In this document: in pieces, positions 20,815-30,614 of the stretch | How positions within the stretch are numbered: position 1 is the stretch's first letter | How the letters are laid out: every line of letters starts with the position of its first letter | Assembly (NCBI RefSeq): GCF_000015025.1 | Contig: NC_008578.1 | Location: 660,001-692,000, forward strand | Length of the DNA: 32,000 nucleotides | From: Acidothermus cellulolyticus 11B | GTDB lineage: Bacteria; Actinomycetota; Actinomycetes; Acidothermales; Acidothermaceae | Direction of reading: 5' to 3' | The notes under the pieces: generated by a model | Database searches by the model: none | What the model was told of the DNA's origin: nothing | What the model saw: the letters and a program-made list of their open reading frames with translations, nothing else | Made by a program: the position numbers and the translations under genes

Positions 20815-22316
20815 TGCGCGCCCACGAAGCCGGTGCCCTGCACGCAGAAGTCGCCGAACCGCCCGCGCTCCCGCTGCGGCCGCCGGCGGACCTCGACTCT
20901 CTCGCCCCGCACGTGTGGCCGGCAACCGCGCGCCGCGGGCCGGACGGCGAAATCCGCGTCGGCGGCGTTGACCTGCGCGCGGTGGCCGCCGAATTCGGCA
21001 CGCCGTGCTATGTCATCGACGAGACGGATTTCCGGTCCCGCTGCCGGCGTTGGCGGACCGCCTTCGAGGGCGCCACGGTGTACTACGCCGCCAAGGCGTT
21101 GCTCACGCTCGGCATCGCCCGGTGGGTGGCTGACGAGCAGCTCGGTCTCGACGTCTGCACCGGTGACGAATTGGCGGTGGCGCTGCGGGCCGGCGTGGAT
21201 CCGGCGCGGATCGTCTTCCACGGCAACAACAAGTCGGACGCCGAATTGCGGACCGCGCTGCAGGCCGGTGTCGGGCGGATCGTCATCGACGCGTTCGCCG
21301 AACTCCGCCGCCTTGCCGCGCTCGGGGCCGAACTCGGTGTCCGGCCGGATGTCCTCATCCGCGTCACGGTCGGCGTCGAAGCGCACACGCACGAGTTCAT
21401 CGCGACTGCGCATGAAGACCAGAAATTCGGGTTCTCCCTTGCCGGCGGACAGGCCCTTGCGGCTGTCACCGAGGCGCTGGGCGCGACGAGCCTCCGCCTT
21501 GTCGGATTGCATTCGCACATCGGTTCGCAGATTTTCGACACCGCCGGCTTTGAGGTCGCCGCCCATCGGGTCGTCGGATTGCTCCGCACCATTCGTGACC
21601 AGCACGGCATCGAATTGCCGGAATTGAATCTTGGCGGCGGGGTGGGCGTTGCGTACACGGCCGACGACGACCCCGTGGACGTCGCGGAATTTGCCGCGCA
21701 GGTGCGGGCCATCGTCGAACGGGAATGCGCGGCCGCCGGCCTTGCCGTGCCGCGGTTGGCCGTTGAGCCGGGACGGGCGATCGCCGGCCCGCCGGTGCTC
21801 ACCGTGTACCGGGTCGGCACCGTCAAACCCGTCGATCTCGGCGGGGGATTCGTTCGCACGTACGTCTCGGTGGACGGCGGAATGAGCGACAACATTCGCG
21901 CCGCCCTCTATGACGCGGCGTACACCTGCGCGCTCGCCAATCGCCGAGCGGCCGGCGAACCGATTCTCGCCCGGGTCGTCGGCAAGCACTGCGAGGCGGG
22001 TGACATCGTCGTCCGCGACACCTTCGTGTCCGCCGACATTCAGGACGGCGACCTGCTCGCCGTCCCGGTCACCGGCGCATACTGCCGTTCGCTGGCGAGC
22101 AACTACAACTACCTGGGCCGTCCGCCGCTGGTCGCGGTCCGCGACGGCAGAGCCCGCCTGCTCGTCCGCCGGGAGACCATCGACGACCTGCTCCGCCTCG
22201 ACCTTGGGGACGATCTCAACCGCGGCGAATGCACGGCAAGCGAAGATACGCCGCCCGACACCCGAACACACGACCGTGCCGGAGTGCGAAGCGGCGCAGC
22301 CGAACCGGCAGAATGA
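20814..22316 (+). CDS. lysA: Diaminopimelate decarboxylase
   Basis: ATG 20814 shares one nt with the argS TAA (TAATG). FGTPCYVIDETDFRSRC...YAAKA...HSHIGSQIF...EPGRAIAGP...CEAGD are PLP-dependent decarboxylase fold-III motifs. An approximately 45-aa tail lies beyond the usual ...RRETIDDLLRL end. Confidence 0.92.
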   Translation: MRAHEAGALHAEVAEPPALPLRPPADLDSLAPHVWPATARRGPDGEIRVGGVDLRAVAAEFGTPCYVIDETDFRSRCRRWRTAFEGATVYYAAKALLTLGIARWVADEQLGLDVCTGDELAVALRAGVDPARIVFHGNNKSDAELRTALQAGVGRIVIDAFAELRRLAALGAELGVRPDVLIRVTVGVEAHTHEFIATAHEDQKFGFSLAGGQALAAVTEALGATSLRLVGLHSHIGSQIFDTAGFEVAAHRVVGLLRTIRDQHGIELPELNLGGGVGVAYTADDDPVDVAEFAAQVRAIVERECAAAGLAVPRLAVEPGRAIAGPPVLTVYRVGTVKPVDLGGGFVRTYVSVDGGMSDNIRAALYDAAYTCALANRRAAGEPILARVVGKHCEAGDIVVRDTFVSADIQDGDLLAVPVTGAYCRSLASNYNYLGRPPLVAVRDGRARLLVRRETIDDLLRLDLGDDLNRGECTASEDTPPDTRTHDRAGVRSGAAEPAE

Positions 22317-22368
22317 GCCGGAGAAGACCACCCCGCGTCCCCACGTCACGTCCGAACCGAGGAGTCCG

Positions 22369-23664
22369 ATGCCCCACCGGCCGCTGCGTCTCGCGCTGCT
22401 CGGATGCGGCACCGTCGGGTCCGAGGTGGTCCGCCAACTTCGCGCCCGCCACGACGACCTGGCCGCGCGGATCGGGGCGCCCCTGGAGCTCGCCGGTATC
22501 GCGGTTCGCCGACCGGAGTTGCGCCGCGACGTCGACGTCGACCCGACTCTCTTCACGACGGACGCCGCCGGGCTGGTCGGTCGGGAGGATCTGGACATCG
22601 TCGTCGAGGTGATGGGCGGCGTGGAGCCCGCGCGTTCGCTGCTGCTCACCGCGATGAGCCGGGGCGCCTCGGTGGTGACCGCCAACAAAGCACTGCTCGC
22701 TGAAGACGGCGCCACCATCTACGAGGCGGCGGACATATACGGCGTCGACGTGTATTTCGAAGCAGCCGTCGCCGGCGGTATCCCGCTGATCCGGCCGTTG
22801 CGCGAATCGCTGGCCGGCGATACGGTGCAGCGGATTCTTGGAATCGTCAACGGCACGACTAATTACATCCTGACCCGCATGGATGAAGAGGGCGTCACGT
22901 TCGCCGATGCGCTGGCGGAAGCGACGGAACTCGGCTATGCGGAGGCCGACCCGAGCGCGGACTTGGACGGGCTGGACGCTGCGGCGAAAGCGGCCATCCT
23001 CGCGAGCCTGGCCTTTCACACCCGCGTCACCATCGGCGATGTCCACCGGGAGGGAATCGCCGGGTTGAGCGCCGCGGCGGTCAGCGCGGCCCGTGACATG
23101 GGCTACGTCGTGAAACTGCTCGCGATCTGCGAACGCACCGCCCGCGGCATCGGCGTCCGGGTGCACCCGGCGATGATTCCGCGCACCCACCCGCTCGCCG
23201 GGGTCCGCGACGCGTACAACGCGGTCTTCGTCGAATGCGACGCCGCCGGGCAGCTCATGTTTTACGGCCGGGGTGCCGGCGGGCCTCCGACAGCGAGCGC
23301 CGTCCTCGGCGACATCGTCGCGGTCGGCCGGAACCGGGTCCGCGGCGGCATCGGCACCGGCGAATCGGCGTACGCCGACTTGGACGTCCGCCCGATCGGC
23401 GAGACCATCACCCGCTACCACGTCAATCTCGACGTCGCCGACCGAGCGGGCGTGCTTGCCCAGGTTGCGACCGTTTTCGCCCGCCACAATGTGTCCATCC
23501 AGACGGTCCGGCAAATCGGGCGAGGAGACGACGCCCAGCTTGCCGTGATGACCCACACCGCGCCGGACGCCGCGCTCGCCGCCACCGTCGACGACCTGCG
23601 GGACCTGGACGTCGTCCGGGCGGTGGCGAGCGTGCTGCGGGTCGAAGGGGAGGAAGGGGCGTGA
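22369..23664 (+). CDS. hom: Homoserine dehydrogenase (with C-terminal ACT domain)
   Basis: ORF track 21910..23664. ATG 22369 follows GAGGAG and gives [24 protein letters not shown] (Rossmann GxGxxG). It has [13 protein letters not shown] and [12 protein letters not shown] motifs, and an ACT-like end [28 protein letters not shown]. Confidence 0.92.
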   Translation: MPHRPLRLALLGCGTVGSEVVRQLRARHDDLAARIGAPLELAGIAVRRPELRRDVDVDPTLFTTDAAGLVGREDLDIVVEVMGGVEPARSLLLTAMSRGASVVTANKALLAEDGATIYEAADIYGVDVYFEAAVAGGIPLIRPLRESLAGDTVQRILGIVNGTTNYILTRMDEEGVTFADALAEATELGYAEADPSADLDGLDAAAKAAILASLAFHTRVTIGDVHREGIAGLSAAAVSAARDMGYVVKLLAICERTARGIGVRVHPAMIPRTHPLAGVRDAYNAVFVECDAAGQLMFYGRGAGGPPTASAVLGDIVAVGRNRVRGGIGTGESAYADLDVRPIGETITRYHVNLDVADRAGVLAQVATVFARHNVSIQTVRQIGRGDDAQLAVMTHTAPDAALAATVDDLRDLDVVRAVASVLRVEGEEGA

Positions 23665-24758
23665 CGACGACCAGCACCGCCGCGGCCGCCCGACCACGAT
23701 GGCGCGGGCTCATCGAGGAGTACCGCAGATGGCTTCCGGTCAGTGACGACACCCCGGTCATCACCCTCCAAGAAGGCGGCACTCCGCTGCTCCCCGCCCC
23801 GGTGCTCTCTGAGAAGACCGGATGCGAGGTCTACCTCAAGGTCGAAGGGGCGAATCCCACCGGCTCGTTCAAGGACCGCGGCATGACCGTGGCGATCAGC
23901 AAGGCGGTGCAGGCCGGTTCCCGGGCGGTGATCTGCGCATCGACCGGAAACACCAGCGCGAGTGCGGCGGCGTACGCCGCGCGTGCCGGGCTGCTCTGCG
24001 CCGTGCTTGTCCCGCAAGGAAAAATCGCGCTCGGCAAATTGGCGCAGGCATTGGTGCACGGCGCGAAATTGCTGCAGATCGACGGGAATTTCGACGATTG
24101 CCTCGCGCTGGCGGCCAAGCTTGCGCAGGATTACCCGGTCACGTTGGTGAATTCCATCAATCCCGACCGTATCGAAGGGCAGAAGACCGCGGCGTTCGAA
24201 ATCGTGGACGCGCTCGGCGATGCGCCCGACGTCCACTGCCTTCCGGTCGGGAACGCCGGGAACATCACCGCCTACTGGAAGGGGTACGTCGAGTACGCCG
24301 ATCCCAGCCGCGGCGGTCCGGCCCGGCGTCGTCCCCGGATGTTCGGCTTCCAGGCCGCCGGCGCTGCACCGATCGTCCTCGGCCGGGTCGTCGAGAAACC
24401 GTCGACGATCGCCACCGCGATTCGCATCGGCAACCCGGCGAGCTGGACGAAGGCGCTCGAGGCACGGGACGCCTCGGGTGGGGCGATTCTGTCGGTGACC
24501 GACCGCCAGATTCTGGCCGCATACCGCCTGCTCGCCACCCGGGAGGCCGTTTTCGTCGAACCGGCAAGCGCCGCCAGCGTCGCCGGGCTGCTTGCGGCCC
24601 GCGAGCAGGGTCTCCTTGACCGCGGTCTGCGGGTCGTCTGCACGGTCACCGGAAACGGGCTCAAGGATCCCGATTGGGCGATCGCCGGCGCGCCTGCGCC
24701 GGTCACCGTCCCGCCGGATCCGCAGGCCGCGGCCCGGACGCTCGGGCTGCACGCCTGA
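23661..24758 (+). CDS. thrC: Threonine synthase
   Basis: GTG 23661 overlaps the hom stop (GTGA). [31 protein letters not shown]...[18 protein letters not shown] contains the PLP-lysine motif. Confidence 0.92.
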   Translation: MTTTSTAAAARPRWRGLIEEYRRWLPVSDDTPVITLQEGGTPLLPAPVLSEKTGCEVYLKVEGANPTGSFKDRGMTVAISKAVQAGSRAVICASTGNTSASAAAYAARAGLLCAVLVPQGKIALGKLAQALVHGAKLLQIDGNFDDCLALAAKLAQDYPVTLVNSINPDRIEGQKTAAFEIVDALGDAPDVHCLPVGNAGNITAYWKGYVEYADPSRGGPARRRPRMFGFQAAGAAPIVLGRVVEKPSTIATAIRIGNPASWTKALEARDASGGAILSVTDRQILAAYRLLATREAVFVEPASAASVAGLLAAREQGLLDRGLRVVCTVTGNGLKDPDWAIAGAPAPVTVPPDPQAAARTLGLHA

Positions 24759-24769
24759 TCGAGGTTCCG

Positions 24770-24853
24770 ATGGCTCAGGACCGATCGTTCCGCCGCTGTG
24801 TCGTCGAACGGCACCACGGTCCCGTGATCACCGCCCGGGTGGCGGTCCGATGA
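24770..24853 (+). promoter_or_regulatory. Candidate 27-codon upstream ORF bridging thrC and thrB
   Basis: GAGG lies 5 nt before ATG 24770. The peptide is MAQDRSFRRCVVERHHGPVITARVAVR, and its TGA (24851-53) overlaps the thrB ATG (24850-52) as ATGA. It is too short for the ORF track. Confidence 0.3.
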
Positions 24854-25782
24854 CCGGCGCCGGGCTGGCCGCACCCTTCCGGCAGGGGCCGGTGCGGGTC
24901 CGGGTGCCGGCGACAAGCGCCAACCTCGGACCCGGATTCGACAGTTTCGGGTTGGCTCTCGCGTTGCACAACGAGGTCACCGTCCGGGTCACCGACCACG
25001 GCCTGCACGTCGAGGTGACCGGCGAGGGGAGCGCGGAGGTGCCGCGGGACGAGCGCAATCTCGTCATCCGGTCGATGCGTGCGGCGTTTGAGCGGCTGGG
25101 CGGACAGCCGCCCGGTCTCGAGGTCCGCTGCACGAATCGCATTCCGCACGGCCGAGGCCTCGGGTCATCGGCAGCCGCGATCGTGGCAGGTGTCGTGGCG
25201 GCCCGGGAGCTCGTCATCGGCGGCACTGGGGAGCTGCCCGACGACGCGGTGCTCGAACTAGCCGCCCGGCTCGAGGGACACCCGGACAACGTCGCCGCCT
25301 GCCTGCTCGGCGGATTGACCGTGGCGTGGCGAGACACGTTCGGCGGCGTCCGCGCCCTGCGGTTGGAGGCCGACCCGCGGATCCGCGCGGTGCTCTTTCT
25401 CTCCGAGCAGACAGCGGCGACCGCGGATACCCGGCGAACGCTGCCTGAGCAGGTACCCCACCAGGCCGCGGCCCGGAATGTCGCGTACGGCGCCCTGCTC
25501 ATCGCCGCGCTCACCCGCCGTCCCGACCTGCTCCTGGACGCGACCCGCGACGAGTTGCACCAGCCGTACCGGGCCGCCGTCATGCCGGCAAGTGCGGCGT
25601 TGATCGATCGGCTCCGGTCGGGAGGGATTGCCGCGGTGCTCTCCGGGGCGGGCCCGACCGTCCTCGCCCTGGCCGATGCCGCCGAGGCGCCCCGGGTCGC
25701 CGCGCTCGAGGTTCCCGGATTCCGCCCGATGCTGCTTGCCGTAGACACCCGAGGGACAGGCGTGGAGCTGCTCGTCGAGTGA
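24850..25782 (+). CDS. thrB: Homoserine kinase
   Basis: ORF track 24592..25782. The first in-frame start after the thrC stop is ATG 24850, giving MTGAGLAAPFRQGPVRVRVPATSANLGPGFDSFGLAL. The GHMP kinase motif is IPHGRGLGSSAAAIVAG. Confidence 0.9.
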   Translation: MTGAGLAAPFRQGPVRVRVPATSANLGPGFDSFGLALALHNEVTVRVTDHGLHVEVTGEGSAEVPRDERNLVIRSMRAAFERLGGQPPGLEVRCTNRIPHGRGLGSSAAAIVAGVVAARELVIGGTGELPDDAVLELAARLEGHPDNVAACLLGGLTVAWRDTFGGVRALRLEADPRIRAVLFLSEQTAATADTRRTLPEQVPHQAAARNVAYGALLIAALTRRPDLLLDATRDELHQPYRAAVMPASAALIDRLRSGGIAAVLSGAGPTVLALADAAEAPRVAALEVPGFRPMLLAVDTRGTGVELLVE

Positions 25783-25793
25783 CGCATCCCGTC

Positions 25794-25857
25794 CGGGGCG
25801 GCCGCGACTCGGCGTTACCGGGTCGGCGGTCGCGGACGGGGCGGCCACGACTCGGCG
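25794..25857. repeat. 21-nt direct repeat (CGGGGCGGCC[G/A]CGACTCGGCG) just after thrB
   Basis: Copies lie at 25794-25814 and 25837-25857 with one mismatch. They are embedded in GC-rich inverted repeats (CCGCGAC...GTCGCGG) that could terminate the thr transcript. Confidence 0.7.
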
Positions 25858-26215
25858 GTGGAAAACCTCGCCACCGGTTGACTGCAGTGCTACTCTGAAG
25901 CTGCACCAAGCCCTCGCCGATCACGTGAGAGTGGTGAGGTGCTCGCTCCCCGAACATTCGCCGGCCCTAGCGGCCAGGGTTTCCTCGACGCCGTACCCAC
26001 CATCTCTCCTCCAGGGATGTCAGACGTCAGTGAGTCCAGCCGGCCGTTGCGGGCGACCAGTTTCTGGGGTTCGCCGCATGCGCACAAGCGCGAATCCAGG
26101 AACCAGCGATGAATTCCCGGGGAGCATGCCGCAATATTTCCGGCGGCCTGCCGGACAGACCAGACGGCATCGGTTGCACGCGCCGTCTCGGACATCTTTT
26201 CGAAAGGAACTCTGA

Positions 26216-28246
26216 GTGACCGACATCAGCACCGCAATGCCCACCGTTTCCGGCGAGAATTCCTCTCCTTCCGGCACCAGCGACGAGAGCCGTGGTGGTG
26301 CGCGCCGCCGCAAGGCTGCCGAGAGCGGCACATCGTCGCTGTCCGCCATGGTGCTTTCGGAATTGCAGGCGCTGGCCGCCAGTCTGGGAATTACCGGGAT
26401 TGCGCGGATGCGTAAGGGCGAATTGATCGAAGCAATTCGCCAGCGGCAGGGTGGTTCGGGCGCCGCCGCTGGAGGCTCCCCGGCCGGGAGTGATGCCGGC
26501 GGCGAAAGCCCCGGCGAGACGCCCGCGGCGCGGACGACGGTAAGCCGCTCACGCGGGCGGCGGGCGGTGGTTCCCGCCCTGCAGACGACACCCACGCTCG
26601 ACGTCGAGGTTCCCGTGCAGTCGACGGCTGCAGCTCCGGCTGGTTCGCCGCTCGAAATCTCTCCGGGTACGGCGGAGACCGCTCAGCCACCGGCCGCCCG
26701 CGCCGGCGACGGTCAGATGCAGCGTCGCGCCGGCCGGTTCGGCGGCCGCAACGCCACGGGTGCAGCGGGCGGAGGAGCCGGCGCGAGCCCGAGTCAGCCG
26801 GCTGGTTTCGGGCCGGCGAACGGGGCCGCGGCGGTCTCAGCCCCGACGGCAGGGCCGGGCCTGGGTCGGGAGGCAGCGCAGCGCGGCGCTCCGGCGGGCA
26901 ACGGGAGCCGCGTGGCCGGCGGTCAGGCGGGCAGCCCGGCGGAAACCGGCGGCAACGGCAATGGAACCGTGAGCAACGGTGCGGAACGTCGCCGGGAGGA
27001 CGAGGAATTCGCCGACATGGGCGGCCGTCGCCGGCGCGGCCGCTTCCGCGAACGCGGCGGACGGCTGCGGGTGCGGGAACGGTCGGATTACGAGCCGGCT
27101 GTTTCCGAGGACGACGTCCTGGTGCCGATCGCCGGAATTCTTGACGTGCTGGACAATTACGCATTCGTGCGTACGTCCGGATACCTGCCCGGGCCGAATG
27201 ATGTGTACGTCTCGTTGGCCCAGGTGCGCCGGTATGGCTTGCGCAAGGGCGATGCGATCACCGGAATGGTTCGCCAGCCGCGCGAAGGGGAACGGCGGGA
27301 GAAATTCAACCCGCTGGTGCGGCTGGACACCGTGAACGGCATGGATCCGGAGAGCGCCCGAAACCGAGTGGAATTCAGCAAGCTCACTCCGCTGTATCCG
27401 CAAGAGCGGTTGCGGTTGGAGACGGAGCCTCAGCAGATCACCACGCGCATCATCGACCTCATCGCACCGATCGGCAAAGGCCAGCGCGGTCTCATCGTCT
27501 CGCCGCCCAAGGCGGGCAAGACGATGGTGCTCCAAGCAATCGCGAACGCCATTACGCGGAACAATCCGGAGTGCCACCTCATCGTCGTGCTCGTCGACGA
27601 GCGGCCGGAGGAAGTCACCGACATGCAACGCTCGGTGAAGGGCGAGGTTATTTCGTCGACGTTCGACCGTCCGGCGGAAGACCACACGATGGTCGCGGAG
27701 CTGTCCATTGAGCGGGCGAAGCGACTTGTCGAGCTCGGTCACGACGTCGTCATCCTGCTCGACTCCATCACCCGCTTGGGCCGCGCGTACAACACCGCGG
27801 CGCCGGCGTCCGGGCGTATTCTCTCCGGTGGGGTCGACTCCGCTGCGCTGTATCCGCCGAAGAAATTCTTCGGCGCGGCCCGCAACATTGAGAACGGCGG
27901 TTCGCTCACTATCATTGCCACGGCGTTGGTCGAAACCGGTTCCCGCGGCGACGAGGTCATCTTCGAAGAATTCAAGGGAACCGGCAACATGGAGCTCAAG
28001 CTCGACCGGAAATTCGCTGACAAGCGCATTTTCCCGGCGGTCGACATCAACGCGTCCGGCACCCGGAAAGAAGAAATCCTGCTCTCCCCGGAGGAACTCC
28101 AGATCGTCTGGCGGTTGCGGCGGGTGCTTCATGCCCTCGACCCCCAGCAAGCCCTTGAGGTGCTCATCGAGAAAATGCGGCAGACCCGCAGCAACGCGGA
28201 GTTCCTCGTCCAGGTGCAGAAGACGATGCCGATGCCCTCGGAGTGA
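26216..28246 (+). CDS. rho: Transcription termination factor Rho with a long actinobacterial Arg/Gly/Ala-rich N-terminal insertion
   Basis: GTG 26216 immediately follows an in-frame TGA, giving (M)TDISTAM... It has the N-terminal helix bundle [28 protein letters not shown], an approximately 200-aa low-complexity insert and an OB/CSD-like segment [27 protein letters not shown]. The Walker A motif is SPPKAGKT, followed by [14 protein letters not shown] and [15 protein letters not shown]. Confidence 0.95.
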   Translation: MTDISTAMPTVSGENSSPSGTSDESRGGARRRKAAESGTSSLSAMVLSELQALAASLGITGIARMRKGELIEAIRQRQGGSGAAAGGSPAGSDAGGESPGETPAARTTVSRSRGRRAVVPALQTTPTLDVEVPVQSTAAAPAGSPLEISPGTAETAQPPAARAGDGQMQRRAGRFGGRNATGAAGGGAGASPSQPAGFGPANGAAAVSAPTAGPGLGREAAQRGAPAGNGSRVAGGQAGSPAETGGNGNGTVSNGAERRREDEEFADMGGRRRRGRFRERGGRLRVRERSDYEPAVSEDDVLVPIAGILDVLDNYAFVRTSGYLPGPNDVYVSLAQVRRYGLRKGDAITGMVRQPREGERREKFNPLVRLDTVNGMDPESARNRVEFSKLTPLYPQERLRLETEPQQITTRIIDLIAPIGKGQRGLIVSPPKAGKTMVLQAIANAITRNNPECHLIVVLVDERPEEVTDMQRSVKGEVISSTFDRPAEDHTMVAELSIERAKRLVELGHDVVILLDSITRLGRAYNTAAPASGRILSGGVDSAALYPPKKFFGAARNIENGGSLTIIATALVETGSRGDEVIFEEFKGTGNMELKLDRKFADKRIFPAVDINASGTRKEEILLSPEELQIVWRLRRVLHALDPQQALEVLIEKMRQTRSNAEFLVQVQKTMPMPSE

Positions 28247-28428
28247 TGCCGGCCTGGTGTGCGCGGGCTTGGCCGACGCCGTCTCGGCCGGGCGTACGAG
28301 GAGGCGGCTAGTCCGTTCGACACACCGGATTGGGTCGCTCAGGCGCTCGAGTCGCGGCGCGATCCGCCGAGTATGTTCTCGTACCGTCCAGCGTTTCGAG
28401 GCCCGCGTGGGGGCTACGGGAGCACCGC

Positions 28429-29202
28429 ATGAACGTCCTCGCCATTGGGGCGCACCCCGATGACATCGAACTGGGCTGCGCCGGCGCCCTCCTTCGACAT
28501 GTCGCGGTCGGTGACAAGGTCACCCTGCTCGTGATGACCACCGGCGAGCGGGGGCCGCAGGACTCCGTCTCGCGTGTCCTCGAACAGGAGAATGCCGCGG
28601 CGCGCCTCGGGGCCGAGCTGATTTGGGGCGGTTTCCCGGACGGCGCGATCCCGCACAGCCGAGAGACGGTGACCTTCATCGACTCCGTCATTGCCGCCGT
28701 CGGCGCGGAGGTGCTCTACACGCACGGTCAGCACGACACCCATCAAGACCACGTGGCGACCGCCCTCTGTTCGCTCTCCGCCGCGCGGCGCCTCAACCGG
28801 GTGCTCTGCTACCAATCGCCGTCCGCCACCGCGTTCAACCCGGTCGTCTACGTCGACATCGAAGACACCTTGCGGGGCAAGCTCGAGGCGCTCGCTTGTC
28901 ACCGCTCGCAGGTCGAGCGGTGCGAGCTCGTTGATCTAGAAGCGGTCGAGGCCGGCGCCCGGTTCTGGGGTCATCAAGCCCGGATGCGGTACGCCGAGGC
29001 GTTCGAGGTGCCCCGGTTCGTCTGGGACATCACCGGTGGCGCGTCGGCGGTACGCCGGCTCGAGAGCGCAGCGGCGGCCGGTGAGGCGGCCGCTGATCGG
29101 GTCGGCGTCCGGGACTTCGAGCTTGTCGACGGCGGCGGTGCGGGCGAGCCTGTCCGGCGTACCGGGACATCGGTGTACCTGGTGGGTGGCCGCCGTCCGT
29201 GA
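28429..29202 (+). CDS. PIG-L/LmbE-family zinc-dependent N-acetylglucosaminyl deacetylase
   Basis: ORF track 28330..29202. ATG 28429 is preceded by GGGAG and gives MNVLAIGAHPDDIELGCAG (AHPDDxE motif). It also has THGQHDTHQDH (HxDH motif) and ...ACHRSQ. Confidence 0.85.
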   Translation: MNVLAIGAHPDDIELGCAGALLRHVAVGDKVTLLVMTTGERGPQDSVSRVLEQENAAARLGAELIWGGFPDGAIPHSRETVTFIDSVIAAVGAEVLYTHGQHDTHQDHVATALCSLSAARRLNRVLCYQSPSATAFNPVVYVDIEDTLRGKLEALACHRSQVERCELVDLEAVEAGARFWGHQARMRYAEAFEVPRFVWDITGGASAVRRLESAAAAGEAAADRVGVRDFELVDGGGAGEPVRRTGTSVYLVGGRRP

Positions 29203-30614
29203 CCGCCCCGCCACTCGCCGGCTCGTTCCGGGGACTCGCGGCGTCCGATTCCTCGGTCAGCGGCGTGCCGTGGACGTTCATCGTGCTGGCCGGGCTGATC
29301 AGCGCGGCCGTCGGCATTCTCGGCCCTGATCGGGCGATCTTTCTCGGCGTCCTCGTCATCAACCTCGTCTTCCTCGTCTTCTTCCTCCGCCATGTCGCCT
29401 TCGCGGCTGCGGCGGCCCGATGGGCGCCGACGGATCTGTACGAGAGCCCGGAGGTGCCCAGCGAAGACCTTCCGACGGTGAGCGTGCTCGTCGCGTGCCA
29501 CAACGAGGAGAGCGTCGTACCCGGGCTGATCCGCGGCCTGGTCGCCCTGCACTACCCGAGATCCCGCCTCGAAATTCTGATCGTCAACGACGGGTCCAGT
29601 GATCGCACGGGTGAATTGCTTGATCAGCTGACCGCCGGCATCCGGCACATGCGGGTGATTCATCGACCGGCCGGCGCCGGCGGCGGCAAATCCGGTGCGC
29701 TCAACGCCGCGCTGGCGGAAGCGAACGGGGAAATCGTCGTCGTCTTCGACGCCGACCACATCCCGCGCCGCAACGTCATCCACCGGCTGGTCCGTCACTT
29801 TCGCGACCCCACCGTGGCCGCCGTCCAAGGCCGGTGCATCGTGCGGAATTCCGTGCAATCCACCCTCGCCCGCTCGATTGCCATCGACTATTTCTCCGGC
29901 TACCTCGTGAACGAATACGGTCGGCAGGCGCTTTTCGGGCTACCGGCGTACGGCGGAGCCAATTGTGCGGTCCGGACCGCTCTGCTGCGGCAATTCGGCG
30001 GCTGGAATGTCAACAGCGTGACCGAAGACACCGATATCACGTTGCGGCTGGTCTTGGCCGGTTATCGCGTGCGGTACGACATCACCGCGGTGGACACCGA
30101 GGAAGGAGCGACCACGTTGGCGCGGTTCGTCCGGCAGCGATACCGCTGGGCCCGCGGCCACCAGCAGGTATGGCGGGACTATCGCCGCGGCGTGTGGCGG
30201 TGCCCGCACCTCACCCTCGGGCAGAAGATCGAGACGACCCTGTTTCTCCTCGTCTACCACGTGCCTGTCTTCTGCACCCTGACGCTCGTCCTCACCCTGC
30301 TGCGCCTTGCCGGCATCGGGCCGCACGTGAGTGTGGTCGAACTGCTGCCCCTCGCCGCCCTGCTCTTCGCCGGCCCGTTCTGCGAACTCGCGGTCGGCCT
30401 GCTGGTCGGCCGGGCTCCGCGCCGGGCCGCCTGGTCGGTGGCCTGGATGACCCCCCTGTTCGTCGTTTTCATGCTCGTCTGCACCCGGGCGTGGATCGAC
30501 GGGCTCCTTGGCCGGCCCTACACCTGGGTGAAGACGAAGCGGTCCCAGTGGAGCGCGCTCGCCGGCCGCGAGGAGATCGCGGACCGCGGACCGCTCGCCG
30601 AGGAGCGGCTGTGA
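29199..30614 (+). CDS. Integral-membrane family-2 glycosyltransferase of the processive synthase type (D, DxD, TED, QxxRW)
   Basis: GTG 29199 overlaps the PIG-L stop (GTGA); GTG 29265 is an alternative start. It has two N-terminal TM helices. The motifs are VSVLVACHNEE, ILIVNDGSSD, VVVFDADH, SVTEDTDITLRL and RQRYRWARGH. At least 3 C-terminal TM helices follow. Confidence 0.88.
   Translation: MTAPPLAGSFRGLAASDSSVSGVPWTFIVLAGLISAAVGILGPDRAIFLGVLVINLVFLVFFLRHVAFAAAAARWAPTDLYESPEVPSEDLPTVSVLVACHNEESVVPGLIRGLVALHYPRSRLEILIVNDGSSDRTGELLDQLTAGIRHMRVIHRPAGAGGGKSGALNAALAEANGEIVVVFDADHIPRRNVIHRLVRHFRDPTVAAVQGRCIVRNSVQSTLARSIAIDYFSGYLVNEYGRQALFGLPAYGGANCAVRTALLRQFGGWNVNSVTEDTDITLRLVLAGYRVRYDITAVDTEEGATTLARFVRQRYRWARGHQQVWRDYRRGVWRCPHLTLGQKIETTLFLLVYHVPVFCTLTLVLTLLRLAGIGPHVSVVELLPLAALLFAGPFCELAVGLLVGRAPRRAAWSVAWMTPLFVVFMLVCTRAWIDGLLGRPYTWVKTKRSQWSALAGREEIADRGPLAEERL

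Noticed and set aside
25878-25896. TTGACT ... TACTCT as a sigma-70-type promoter for rho.
   Set aside because: The hexamers are separated by only 7 nt rather than about 17. TACTCT alone could still be a -10 element, but that is too weak to call.
25925-26215. 96-aa ORF directly upstream of and in frame with rho.
   Set aside because: It ends at a TGA immediately before the rho GTG, has an Arg/Pro/Ser-rich composition, and shows no SD or family resemblance. I treat it as part of the rho leader.
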